A stretch of DNA of 64,000 bases, from contig CAVSZB010000005.1 in NCBI GenBank assembly GCA_963732385.1, positions 256,001 to 320,000 on the forward strand. Direction: 5' to 3'. The notes beneath the pieces are model-generated. The model searched no databases and had not been told where the DNA came from. It saw only the letters and a program-made list of their open reading frames with translations. The stretch is from an uncultured bacterium (lineage in GTDB: Bacteria; Krumholzibacteriota; Krumholzibacteriia; LZORAL124-64-63). Of this stretch, positions 34,849 through 44,483 are shown in pieces (within the stretch, counting starts at the first letter, position 1; each line of letters opens with the position of its first letter). Position numbers and translations under genes: made by a program.

Positions 34849-37533
34849 ATGAATCGCCAACTCCGACTGCTCGTCGTGTTCCTCGCGCTTTCGGCCCTGA
34901 CCACCGCCGCCACCGCCGAGATCCCGGCCATCACGGCCGCGGCCGTGTCGGCCGGCGCGGCGCCCCCGCCGACGCCGGAGGCGCACTTCGCGTTCCGTCC
35001 GGGCGCCGACGGGCAGCTCATCGACTACGAGCAGCTCATCGATTACCTCAGGATCCTCGACGCGGCCTCGACGCGGCTGGAACTGCGCGAGATCGGGGTC
35101 TCCCCGCTCGGCAGGCCGATGTATGTGGCCTTCATCTCGAGCGAACAGAACATCCGGCGCCTGGACGAGCTGCGCGAAATCAACCGCCGCCTCGCGCTCG
35201 ACCCGGCGATCCCCGACCCGGAACGCGACGGGCTGATCGCGCGCGGGCGCGTGTTCCTCATGGCGACGCTCTCCATGCACGCCGGGGAACTCGCGCCATG
35301 CCAGGCCCTGCCGATCTATGCCCACGAACTGGTCACGAGCGTCGACCCCGCGATCATGCGCCAGCTCGACGACGCGGTGTGGATGGTGGTCCCCGCCCAC
35401 AACCCCGACGGACTCGACATGGTGGTGGAGAACTACCGCAAGTACCGCGGCACGGCGTGGGACGGGGCGTCGCTGCCGGCCGTCTACCATCGCTATGTCG
35501 GCCACGACAACAACCGCGATTTCGTGACCCTCACCCAGACGGACACCCGCGCCGTTTCGCGCCTGTTCTCGACCGAGTGGTTCCCCCAGGTGCTGGTGGA
35601 GAAGCACGGCATGGGCGTTTCGGGCCCCCGCTTCTACTGTCCGCCCAGCAACGACCCGATCGCCGAGAACATCGAGGCCGGCATCTGGAACTGGGTCGCG
35701 GTCTTCGGGACCAACCTGGCGCGCGACATGTCCCAGGACGGTCTCGCGGGCGTGGCCCAGCACTGGGCGTTCGACGAGTACTGGCCCGGATCCACCGAGA
35801 CCTCGCTTTGGAAGAACGTGGTTTCGCTGCTGACCGAGAACGCCGGCACCAACGGCGCCTCGCCGCTCTACGTGGAGCCGACGGAGCTGAACGCCGACGA
35901 CAAGGGTCTGGCCGAGTACAAGAAGAGCGTCAACCTGCCGGACCCCTGGCCGGGCGGCTGGTGGCGGCTCGGCGACGCAGTGACCTACGAACTGTCCTCT
36001 TTCCGCTCCCTGCTGCGCACCGCCGGCGCGAACCGCGCCGAACTGCTGCGCCTGCGCAATGACCTCTGCCGACGCGAGGTGGCGCGCGGCCTCAGCCAGG
36101 CGCCCTTCTACTTCGTGCTGCCGCCCGAACAGCGCTCGCGCGGAGAGTGGGTGCAACTCGTCGATCTGCTCCAGGAGCACGGCGTGCGGCTGTTCACGCT
36201 GCCACGGGAGGTCGAGTCCGGCGGACGTCGTTTCACGGCCGGCTCGGTGATCGTGCCGCTCGCCCAGTCCTACCGCCCGTTCATCAAGGAGGTGCTGGAG
36301 CGGCAGAGTTATCCCGTGCGGCACTACACGCCGGGCGGCGAGATGATCCGCCCCTACGACATCACGAGCTGGTCGCTGCCGCTCCACCGCGGCGTGACGG
36401 CGGAGCAGGTCGATGTGCGGGCGCCGGAGCTGGAGGCGGCGTGGCAGCCGCTCGAGAGCGCCTTCGCCCTGCCCGCCCCTGCCACCGGCGTGTCCGCGAA
36501 GAGCTGGGGCGTCGCCTTTGCGGCCAACGAGAATGAGGCCTTCCACGCCGGTTTCCTGGCTTTGAAAGCCGGCCTGCCGGTGCTGCGCACCACAGAGGCG
36601 ACAACGGTCGACGGCACGAGCCTGCCCGCCGGCAGTTTCGTGATCCGCGCCGGCGCCGGACCCACCCTCGCTGCGCTGCTGAACGCCCTGATCGTGCCGC
36701 CGCTGGTGCTCGCCACCGAGCCGGCGGTTGCGATGAGTCCGCTCGGCGCGCCGCGCATCGCCCTCGTCGAGACCGCCTTCCACGACATGGACGCCGGCTG
36801 GACGCGCTTCCTTTTGGATTCCTACGGCGTCCCGTTCACGGTCGTGCGTCCCGGCGAGATCCCGACCCGCGATCTCGCCCGGTACTTCGACGTGATCGTC
36901 TTTCCGAACAGCCAGAAGGAGGAGTTGCTGCATGGGCGCTTCAAGTCCGAAGACACCGCCTATGTGGCCGACGACATCCCGCCGGAGTTCCGCAAGGGCC
37001 TGGGCGCGAAGGGGATGGAAAAGCTGATGGCCTTTGCCGACCAGGGAGGCATCATCCTGGCGTGGGGCGAGGCCTGCGAGCTCTTCCTCGGCGTGCAGGA
37101 GATCAGGCGCGGCAAGGACGAGGTGGAGGAGTTCAGGCTGCCGGTGAATGACGTCAGCGCCAGGCTGGCCAAACAGGGGCTCTCGGTTCCCGGCGCCTGG
37201 CTGCGCGCCCGGGTGACGCAGGACAGTCCGCTGACGTGGGGCATGCCTGAGGAGGCCGGCTTCTTCTCCCGCGGGAAACCGGTCTTGCGCACCTCACAAC
37301 CGGGCCTCGACATCGACCGCCGCGTGCTCGTATTTCACCCCGAGAAGGACATCCTGATGTCGGGCTTCGCCGAGGGCGAAAAGCTGCTCGGCAACACCGC
37401 CGCCGGGGTCTGGGCGCGCAAAGGGAAGGGGCAGTTCGTCCTTTACGCCTTCTCTCCGCAGTTCCGCGGCTCGACGCCGGTGACCTACAAACTGCTGTTC
37501 AACGCGCTGCTGCTGCCCCGGCTCACGCGGTAG
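34849..37533 (+). CDS. Secreted M14-family zinc carboxypeptidase-like protein with C-terminal GATase-like domain
   Basis: SMHAGE (HxxE), HNPDG, GHDNNRD, EKHGMG; PYDITSWSLPL; MDAGWTRFLLD. Confidence 0.82.
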   Translation: MNRQLRLLVVFLALSALTTAATAEIPAITAAAVSAGAAPPPTPEAHFAFRPGADGQLIDYEQLIDYLRILDAASTRLELREIGVSPLGRPMYVAFISSEQNIRRLDELREINRRLALDPAIPDPERDGLIARGRVFLMATLSMHAGELAPCQALPIYAHELVTSVDPAIMRQLDDAVWMVVPAHNPDGLDMVVENYRKYRGTAWDGASLPAVYHRYVGHDNNRDFVTLTQTDTRAVSRLFSTEWFPQVLVEKHGMGVSGPRFYCPPSNDPIAENIEAGIWNWVAVFGTNLARDMSQDGLAGVAQHWAFDEYWPGSTETSLWKNVVSLLTENAGTNGASPLYVEPTELNADDKGLAEYKKSVNLPDPWPGGWWRLGDAVTYELSSFRSLLRTAGANRAELLRLRNDLCRREVARGLSQAPFYFVLPPEQRSRGEWVQLVDLLQEHGVRLFTLPREVESGGRRFTAGSVIVPLAQSYRPFIKEVLERQSYPVRHYTPGGEMIRPYDITSWSLPLHRGVTAEQVDVRAPELEAAWQPLESAFALPAPATGVSAKSWGVAFAANENEAFHAGFLALKAGLPVLRTTEATTVDGTSLPAGSFVIRAGAGPTLAALLNALIVPPLVLATEPAVAMSPLGAPRIALVETAFHDMDAGWTRFLLDSYGVPFTVVRPGEIPTRDLARYFDVIVFPNSQKEELLHGRFKSEDTAYVADDIPPEFRKGLGAKGMEKLMAFADQGGIILAWGEACELFLGVQEIRRGKDEVEEFRLPVNDVSARLAKQGLSVPGAWLRARVTQDSPLTWGMPEEAGFFSRGKPVLRTSQPGLDIDRRVLVFHPEKDILMSGFAEGEKLLGNTAAGVWARKGKGQFVLYAFSPQFRGSTPVTYKLLFNALLLPRLTR

Positions 37534-37586
37534 AGCCGGGCCAGCCCCAGGCCCGAGCGAAGGCATATCCCATCTGCCGTGGGTCG

Positions 37587-38813
37587 ATGGGCCTGCCGCC
37601 GGAAGGGGGCGTCGTGCGCAGGATCGTGGGGTTGACGCTGCTGCTGGTGGGGGGCCTGCTCGCGGGCGAGGGGGCGGTGCGCTACTTCCAGGCCGCCGTG
37701 CCGGCGCCGCTGGACACCCCCTACCTGCCGGACGCGGCGGCCGGTTACCGGCTGCGCCCGAGCGGGCCGACGGACGATCCGGCGGCGGACGACCACGTCA
37801 ACACGCTCGGCTTCCGCGACCGCGAGCATCCCCCGGTCAAGCCGGCCGGGACACGGCGGGTGCTGGGGGTTGGCGACTCGTTCGTATACGGCGCGGTGCC
37901 GCCACGCGAAAACTTCCTGGAGGTCGCGGCGCGGGAGCTGTCGACCGCGCCGGACACGTTGGCGCCGGTGGAGATGGTCCTGATGGGCTGTCCCGGCTGG
38001 AACACCGAGCAGGAGGTCGGCATCGTCCACGAACTCGGGCCGAAGCTGGCGCCCGACCTGATCGTGCTCTGCTTCTCGGTCGACACCGACGTGACCGGCA
38101 TCCCGGTGCGCGGCCGGATCATCCAGGGCAACCTGCTCTACGTCGGCGCGCAGACCCCCGGCCTGAACACGCTGCGGCGATCGCGGCTGTTCGTGCTCGG
38201 CGAGCAGGTCTACCTGCGACGGTTGACGGCGACGGCGCGACGCTTCGCGCGGGCGCTGACCGGACGGCGGGCACCGGCGGACGCGCCGGCCGTCGCCGGA
38301 GCCGCCGACACCGCGTTCGTGCCGACGACCCGCCACTATCTCGGCCGCCAACTGCGCCTGCTGCCGCTGTTCGCGCCGAACCCCGATCCCCACACCGCGG
38401 AACTCTGGCGAGAGGCGGAGCGGCAGCTCGACCGGTTCGACGACGCCTGCCGTGCGGCGGGGGCCCCGTGGCTGATGATGGTGGCGCCGGCGGAGATCCA
38501 GGCCGACCCGAGGCTGCGCGACGTCGTGTTGGCGAGCGCGGATCGACCGTCCGGCACATTCGATTTCGACCTGCCGCAGCGTCGGCTCGCCGCCTGGGCC
38601 GGGGCGCACGGCGTGCCGCTGGTCGATCCGCTTGGGGTGCTGCGCGCCGCGCGCGGCCAGGGGCGCCTGTACGCGCCGAACAACAGCCACTGGAACGCGC
38701 GCGGAAACGCCTTGGCGGGCCGGCTGCTGGCGACAGCGCTCGCGTCGCGCCTCGCGGGGGAGCCGGAAACCGCGCCACCGTCCTCGTCGACGCCTAGAAC
38801 TGGAAGTAGATGA
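37587..38813 (+). CDS. SGNH/GDSL hydrolase, AlgJ/AlgX-like O-acyltransferase partner
   Basis: N-terminal TM; NTLGFRD, GDSFVYG, HWNARGN. Confidence 0.78.
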   Translation: MGLPPEGGVVRRIVGLTLLLVGGLLAGEGAVRYFQAAVPAPLDTPYLPDAAAGYRLRPSGPTDDPAADDHVNTLGFRDREHPPVKPAGTRRVLGVGDSFVYGAVPPRENFLEVAARELSTAPDTLAPVEMVLMGCPGWNTEQEVGIVHELGPKLAPDLIVLCFSVDTDVTGIPVRGRIIQGNLLYVGAQTPGLNTLRRSRLFVLGEQVYLRRLTATARRFARALTGRRAPADAPAVAGAADTAFVPTTRHYLGRQLRLLPLFAPNPDPHTAELWREAERQLDRFDDACRAAGAPWLMMVAPAEIQADPRLRDVVLASADRPSGTFDFDLPQRRLAAWAGAHGVPLVDPLGVLRAARGQGRLYAPNNSHWNARGNALAGRLLATALASRLAGEPETAPPSSSTPRTGSR

Positions 38814-40257
38814 ACGGCGGGTTGGCGTAGAGCCGGAAGGCGGCCGCGGCGATCGTCACGGCCACCAGCAGTTGCGCCAGGACCAGCCGCGGCCACGGGC
38901 GCAGGTCGGCCAGCCAGTCGGGGCGGCCGGTCGCCGCCTGCGTGGCGTCGAGCGCCAGCGTCGCCGCGGCACCGACCAGCACGTGGAGCGGGAACGCGCC
39001 CCAGCCGGCCGCCGGGCGGACGATCCCCGCCAGCACCGCCCCCGCCACACCGAAGTCGGGCGCGCGGAACAGCACGAAAGCGGCCGCCACGCCGTGGAAG
39101 ACGAGCAGCGCGCGGGCGATCTGCGACAGGCGTGCCGGCCAGGCCGCCGGCCATGGCCGCGGCGCCCGTCCCCTTCCCGCCGCCAGCCGCCAGGCCAGCC
39201 ACAGCCCGTGCAGCAGCCCCCAAGCCACGAACGTCCAGCGGGCGCCGTGCCACAGCCCGCACAGCGCCATGGTCGGCACGATCGCCAGCAGGTACGCCAG
39301 CGCCAGTTCGTGCGATTCCGCGCCGAGCCGCAATTGCTCCGTGAAACGGAGCGCCCGTCCCAGCAGCGGCGTGAAAAGATAGTCGCGGATCCAGGTCGAG
39401 AGCGAGATGTGCCAGCGTTGCCAGAACTCGGCGGGAGAACGGCTCAGGTACGGAGCGCGGAAATTCTCCATCAGTTCAAAGCCGAGCAGGCGCGCGATGC
39501 CGCGGGCGATGTCGGAATAGCCGGCGAAGTCGCCGTAGATCTGCAGGGTGAACGCGTAGACCCCGGCCAGCAGCGATGCGCCTGTGGCTTCGCCCGGAGT
39601 GGCGAACGCGCGCTCGACGAACGGCGCCAGCGTGTCGGCGATCGCGATCTTGCGGAAGTACCCGATGACGATCAGCGCCAGGCCGGTCTCGACCTGACGA
39701 CGCGTGACGCGCCGCGGCGCAGCCACCTGCGGCAGCAATCGTGACGCCCGCTCGATCGGTCCGGCCACCAGCTGCGGGAAGAACGCCACGTAGAGGGCGA
39801 AGTCGGCCAGGTTGCGGGCCGGCGCGAGCCGCCGACGATAGACGTCGAGGGCGTAGCCAAGGGTCTGGAACGTGTAGAAGCTGATCCCGACCGGCAGGGC
39901 GACGCGCAGGGTCGGCAAATCGGCCTGAAGTCCGCAGCGGTTCAGCAGCACGGCTGCCGAGCCGGCGAAGAAATCGAAATATTTGAAGACGCCGAGCAGG
40001 CCGAGGTTTCCGGTCAGGCTGGCGGCCAGCAGGGCGCGACGACGCCCCGGCGCTGCGGTCGCGTCGAGCCCCCGCCCCACGCCGTAGTCGAGCAGGGTGG
40101 AAAACCACAACAGCGCGAGGAAGCGCCAGTCCCACCAGCCGTAGAAGAGGTAGCTGGCGAGCAGCAGGAAGCGGTTCTGGCTCCGGTGCGACAGGCGGGG
40201 GACGACCGCCAGCACCGCTGCCAAAAAGACGAGGAAGGGGAGCGAGTTGAACAACAC
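38794..40257 (-). CDS. MBOAT O-acyltransferase (AlgI/PatA-like)
   Basis: PVGISFYTFQ, FPQLVAGPIER, DFAGYSDIA, FWQRWHISLS, GLWHGA, C-terminal FIYFQF. Confidence 0.9.
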   Translation of the reverse strand: MLFNSLPFLVFLAAVLAVVPRLSHRSQNRFLLLASYLFYGWWDWRFLALLWFSTLLDYGVGRGLDATAAPGRRRALLAASLTGNLGLLGVFKYFDFFAGSAAVLLNRCGLQADLPTLRVALPVGISFYTFQTLGYALDVYRRRLAPARNLADFALYVAFFPQLVAGPIERASRLLPQVAAPRRVTRRQVETGLALIVIGYFRKIAIADTLAPFVERAFATPGEATGASLLAGVYAFTLQIYGDFAGYSDIARGIARLLGFELMENFRAPYLSRSPAEFWQRWHISLSTWIRDYLFTPLLGRALRFTEQLRLGAESHELALAYLLAIVPTMALCGLWHGARWTFVAWGLLHGLWLAWRLAAGRGRAPRPWPAAWPARLSQIARALLVFHGVAAAFVLFRAPDFGVAGAVLAGIVRPAAGWGAFPLHVLVGAAATLALDATQAATGRPDWLADLRPWPRLVLAQLLVAVTIAAAAFRLYANPPFIYFQF

Positions 40258-40281
40258 GTCCGGTGACCGCCCCTGGGAAGA

Positions 40282-41850
40282 TCAGCCCCGGAGACGCTTC
40301 GTGTAGATGATCCGGTCGTCGCCGATGGCGTAGTAGTCGGCGATGCACGCCGCCTCGTCATAACCGCAGCCGAGATAGAAGCCGCGCGTGGAGGTGTAGC
40401 CGGAACTGCCGGACGTTTCGATCACCGACAGGTTGCCGCCGCGCGCGAGAATCAGCGCCTCGCAATGGCGCACGAGCGCCTTGCCTGTACCGCGCCCCTG
40501 GCGATCGGGCGCCACGCCGAGCCAGTAGATGTCCCAGGCGCCGAGGGTGCAGGGGGTAGGACCGGCGCAGACCCAGCCCGCCACCCCCGCCTCGTCTTCG
40601 GCCACGAACGACTGGTAGTGCCCGCCGGAGCCGGCCTCGAGCGCGTCGTCGAGCACCTCGGCGGCCACTTCCAGCTCGTCGGGCCGGAAAAAGCCGGTGG
40701 CGGCCAGCAGATCGAGCACCGGCTGGCGGTCGGCGGGGACGCTGTGGCGGATCGTGGCGCGCCGCGGGGCGGCGGCGTTGCGCGAGGCGCGCGCCGGAAC
40801 GGCCGGCGGCGCACCGTCGGCCGGAGCCGGACGGCGCGCCGCGGCGTTGGCCACCAGGGCGCCGACGAACGTGGCGTAGCGCACCCCGCCCGCCTTCAGG
40901 GCGGCGGAAAATCCGGCGTCGGGCGAAATGTCGGGGTCGACGTTCACCTCGAGAATGAACGGGGCGCCGCGGCGCGAAAGGCGGAAATCCACGCGAGCAT
41001 AGTCGCTGCAGCCACAGGCGTCCCAGGCGGCCCGGGCGAGCCGCGTCACCTGCGCGGCAAGCCGCGCCGGCAGGCGCGCCGGCAACACGCGACACAGACC
41101 GTGGTACTCCGGCGTGCCCGGCACCCATTTCGCCCGGTAGCCGACAAGGTGGGGCAGCTCGCGTCCGTAACCGCTGAAATCGATCTCGGCGATCGGCAGG
41201 ACGGTCACCTCGGACCCGCGCTGCCACAGCCCGACGTTCAGTTCGCGCCCGTCGACGAACTGTTCCACCAGCGCCGGCTGGCCGAACTTCGCGTGGATTT
41301 CGGCCACGAGCCGCCGCAGGGTGACGCCCGGACCGGGGCAGAGCGAGTGCGTGTCGATCCCCTCGCTGGCGTCCGCCGAAACCGGTTTGACGATCAGCGG
41401 CCCGCGCGGCAATCCCCGCGTCGGCACTTTCTCCCCCACGCGCACCAGCAGGCCGCCGGGGACCGGCAGCCCCGCGCCCTGCAGCACGGCCCGCGTGCGC
41501 CACTTGTCGAGCGTGAGGGCGGCGCACGGCGTGTCGCCGCCGGTGCACCCCTTGCCGTGCGCCGCGCAGAGTGCCGGCACCAGGAGCTCGGCGCCCGGCG
41601 CATCGCCGAGCGACTCGATCAGGTTGAATACGACCGGCTCGGGCGCGTGCGCGACCGCAGAAATGACTTCGGCGAGCGTGCGGACCGCCACGACCCGATG
41701 CACGTGCCCCGCACGCGCCAGAGCCGCGGCCACCGCCTTCGCCTGGGAGAGGACCCCCGCGTCGCTCTCGGCACAGCTCGCGCCGGGGTACAGGCCCGCG
41801 GCGGCCGGAGCGTTGTGCAGCACGAGGACGGACGGCTTTTCACGCGCCAT
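40282..41850 (-). CDS. DDL-like ATP-grasp ligase fused to a C-terminal GNAT acetyltransferase
   Basis: FNLIE, LDKWRT, VKPVSADASEGI, LVEQFVDGRE, YARVDFR, EVN; then TGFFRPDE, WDIYWLGVAPDRQGRGTG, TRGFY. Confidence 0.85.
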   Translation of the reverse strand: MAREKPSVLVLHNAPAAAGLYPGASCAESDAGVLSQAKAVAAALARAGHVHRVVAVRTLAEVISAVAHAPEPVVFNLIESLGDAPGAELLVPALCAAHGKGCTGGDTPCAALTLDKWRTRAVLQGAGLPVPGGLLVRVGEKVPTRGLPRGPLIVKPVSADASEGIDTHSLCPGPGVTLRRLVAEIHAKFGQPALVEQFVDGRELNVGLWQRGSEVTVLPIAEIDFSGYGRELPHLVGYRAKWVPGTPEYHGLCRVLPARLPARLAAQVTRLARAAWDACGCSDYARVDFRLSRRGAPFILEVNVDPDISPDAGFSAALKAGGVRYATFVGALVANAAARRPAPADGAPPAVPARASRNAAAPRRATIRHSVPADRQPVLDLLAATGFFRPDELEVAAEVLDDALEAGSGGHYQSFVAEDEAGVAGWVCAGPTPCTLGAWDIYWLGVAPDRQGRGTGKALVRHCEALILARGGNLSVIETSGSSGYTSTRGFYLGCGYDEAACIADYYAIGDDRIIYTKRLRG

Positions 41851-42841
41851 GCGGCTGCTCCAGACGCTCGCACGCGGCGGCGATGATGCCGCCGATCAGG
41901 TCGCGAAAGGCCATATCGGCGAAGCGCGCGATGATCGGCAGATCGGAGTGGTTGGCATTGAGGCCCGGCAGCGGATTGATCTCCATGAAGCTGGGCACGC
42001 CGCCGGCATCGAGACGGATGTCGACGCGGGCGCCGTCGCGGCACTCGAGCGCGAGGTACGACGCCACCGCCAGCGCCTCCACGCGTTCGCGCAGCGGTCC
42101 GGGCGCCAGTTCGTCGTAATCGACGACGTTCTCGTACTCGTGCTTGTTCTGGAACGAGTAGATGGCCCGCTCCACCGGACGACGGATCCGCACCTCCATG
42201 GTGCCGATCGCGCGGGCCCGCGGCCCGTTGCCGAGCAGGCCCACCGTGAATTCGCGTCCCGGAAGGTACTCCTCCACCAGCACCGGCTGGCGCAGCCGCG
42301 CCAGCAGGTCGCGGCAGACACGCGCCAGGTCGTCCGGGCCGGCCGCGTACGACGCTTCAGCGATCCCCTTGCCGGTCCCCTCGGCGATCGGCTTGGCGAA
42401 CAGCGGATAGCGCAGCCGCGCCAGGGCGACGGCGCGCAGGTCGTCCTCGTCGCGCACGACGTGGAAGGCGGGCGTGGCCAGGCCGGCGTCGCGCACGAGG
42501 CGCTTCGTCACCGCCTTGTCGAGCGTGACGGCGCAGACCAGCGGATCGGAGAAGGTGTAACCGATGCCGTACAGCTCCAGCAGGGCCGGCACCTGAGCCT
42601 CGCGGCTGCGCCCGTCGAGACCCTCGGCGATGTTGAAAACGAGGTCCCACCGCTCGCCCGCGACGAGGCGCGCGCACAGCGCGCGGGCGTGTCCGATGCG
42701 GTCGGTGTCGTGCCCGAGCTCGCGGATCGCCCCCTCGAGCAGATCGATGGTTTCCTCGCTGTCGAACTCGGCCACCTCTTCGGCGGTGTGGCCGAGCGCG
42801 AGCCAGTCGGAGCAGAGGTCGTACGTCAATCCGATGCGCAT
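41840..42841 (-). CDS. DDL-like ATP-grasp ligase
   Basis: MRIGLTYDL...AEFDSEETI, FNIAEG, REAQVPALLE, KPIAEGTGKGI, EEYLPGREFTVG, ARVDIR, EINPLPG. Confidence 0.85.
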   Translation of the reverse strand: MRIGLTYDLCSDWLALGHTAEEVAEFDSEETIDLLEGAIRELGHDTDRIGHARALCARLVAGERWDLVFNIAEGLDGRSREAQVPALLELYGIGYTFSDPLVCAVTLDKAVTKRLVRDAGLATPAFHVVRDEDDLRAVALARLRYPLFAKPIAEGTGKGIAEASYAAGPDDLARVCRDLLARLRQPVLVEEYLPGREFTVGLLGNGPRARAIGTMEVRIRRPVERAIYSFQNKHEYENVVDYDELAPGPLRERVEALAVASYLALECRDGARVDIRLDAGGVPSFMEINPLPGLNANHSDLPIIARFADMAFRDLIGGIIAAACERLEQPHGA

Positions 42842-44163
42842 GGTCCTCCTCCGCGTGCGCGCCGGCTCAGGCGCACCGTGCCGGCCGGCATGATCGCCGT
42901 GGCGCGTCCGCGCGCCAGATCCCACACGCCGGTGCCCTCCGGCGTCTGCTCCGGGCCGACCGCCTCCAGGTGCGCGCCCGGCTCCGGGTAGCCCACCATC
43001 AGCCCCTCGAAGTTGCGCAGCACGGTGTGCGTCGGGCTGACCGACACGACATAGTTGGGCAGCAGCGGGATCTTTCCGCCGCCGTGCGGCACATCGACGC
43101 AGAACGTGGGGATGGCCAGGCCACTCACCCTGCCACGCAGATATTCCATGATCTCGATGCCACGGGATAGCGGCGTGCGGAAGTGCTCGACCCCGCGCAC
43201 CAGGTCGCACTGGAACAGGTAGTACGGCCGCACGCGCAGCCGCAAGAGACCTCGGCAGAGCTGCTCGATCACGCGGGGGTGGTCGTTCACCCCACGCATC
43301 AGAACCGTCTGATTGCCGAGCGGGATACCGGCGTCGGCCAGTCGGGCGCACGCCGCGGCCGATTCCGGCGTCAGTTCGCGCGGGTGGTTGAAGTGCGTGT
43401 TGACCCAGAGCGGGTGGTAGCGGCGCAGCATGCGCACGAGTTCCTCAGTGATACGCATCGGCAGCGTCACCGGCGCTCGCGTGCCGATCCGGATGATCTC
43501 CACGCTCGGCACCTGGCGCACCGCCTGCACGACCCGTTCGAGCGCGGCCGTGGGCAGGGTGAGCGGGTCGCCGCCGGAGATGATCACATCGACGATCTCC
43601 GGGTGCCGGACCAGGTACGCCACCGCCTGCCGCAGATGTTCCTCGGCGATGACGCCTTCGCGAGCGCCCGTCTTGCGCTTGCGCGTGCAGTGCCGGCAGT
43701 ACATGGCGCACGCCGAGGTCGCCACCAGCAGCGCGCGGTCGGCGTACCGGTGCACCAGACCCGGCACCGGCATGTCGGCGTCTTCATCGAGCGGATCGTC
43801 GCGCAAAAATGGCGGGTCCCACAACTCCCGGGCATGCGGCAGGCTCATCTGGAGAATGGGGTCGGCCGGATCGCCGGGCCGGATGAGCGACGCGTAGTAG
43901 GGCGTGATGGCGAACGGGAACCGGGCCGCCGCTTCGGTCAGGCCGGGCGGCGCCTGCACGCCGGGGAGGAACTCGCACAACTGCTCCGGCGTGCGCAGGC
44001 GGTTGCGCATCTGCCAGCGCCAGTCGTCCCACCGGGGGACATCCTGCAGATCGGGGCGCCAGGCGGCCGGCGCCACATGCGTGAGGTCGGGCAGAACGAA
44101 CGTCGCCTCGGGTGCGGCGCCGCGCGCGCGCGCCTCGCACACCGCCATGCTGCGAGGTTTCAT
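42826..44163 (-). CDS. kamA: KamA-family radical SAM/PLP lysine 2,3-aminomutase
   Basis: WDDWRWQ, HRYADR, CAMYCRHC, SGGDP, RIGTR, HFNH, YYLFQCD, DVPHGGGKIP. Confidence 0.88.
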   Translation of the reverse strand: MKPRSMAVCEARARGAAPEATFVLPDLTHVAPAAWRPDLQDVPRWDDWRWQMRNRLRTPEQLCEFLPGVQAPPGLTEAAARFPFAITPYYASLIRPGDPADPILQMSLPHARELWDPPFLRDDPLDEDADMPVPGLVHRYADRALLVATSACAMYCRHCTRKRKTGAREGVIAEEHLRQAVAYLVRHPEIVDVIISGGDPLTLPTAALERVVQAVRQVPSVEIIRIGTRAPVTLPMRITEELVRMLRRYHPLWVNTHFNHPRELTPESAAACARLADAGIPLGNQTVLMRGVNDHPRVIEQLCRGLLRLRVRPYYLFQCDLVRGVEHFRTPLSRGIEIMEYLRGRVSGLAIPTFCVDVPHGGGKIPLLPNYVVSVSPTHTVLRNFEGLMVGYPEPGAHLEAVGPEQTPEGTGVWDLARGRATAIMPAGTVRLSRRARGGGPCASD

Positions 44164-44483
44164 GCTTTCCCGGCAACCCCCCGCCGTCCACCCGGCGGCC
44201 GCGGCCGCCGCGCGTGTCAAAAGTGATTTCGCCGCGCGCCGCCGACGCCGCCGGTGGGATCGCCCAAGTTTGTCATAGATCCGGAAACCGATCGGATTCG
44301 AATCTGCGACAACCTTTGACGGCCAACCGTCCGCCTCGACCCGCGTCGCGCATCGCGATTATAATCTTGGGGTTCCATGAATCAAGCGCAACATGCCCTT
44401 TCCAGTGGGGATTTTGAACTTTTCTTGCTCCTGAGACAATTTTGGCTGAAATTTGACTTTCGGACAGGAGAGGAGTCACGACG

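Noticed and set aside
40282..42841. Housekeeping D-Ala-D-Ala ligases
   Set aside because: They lack the N-terminal GG.S.E.EVS motif, are not in a dcw cluster, and one is fused to a GNAT
42826..44163. KamA as EpmB (EF-P beta-lysylation) or glutamate 2,3-aminomutase
   Set aside because: No efp/epmA nearby, and the GGGK PLP motif and two Asp residues fit a lysine 2,3-aminomutase
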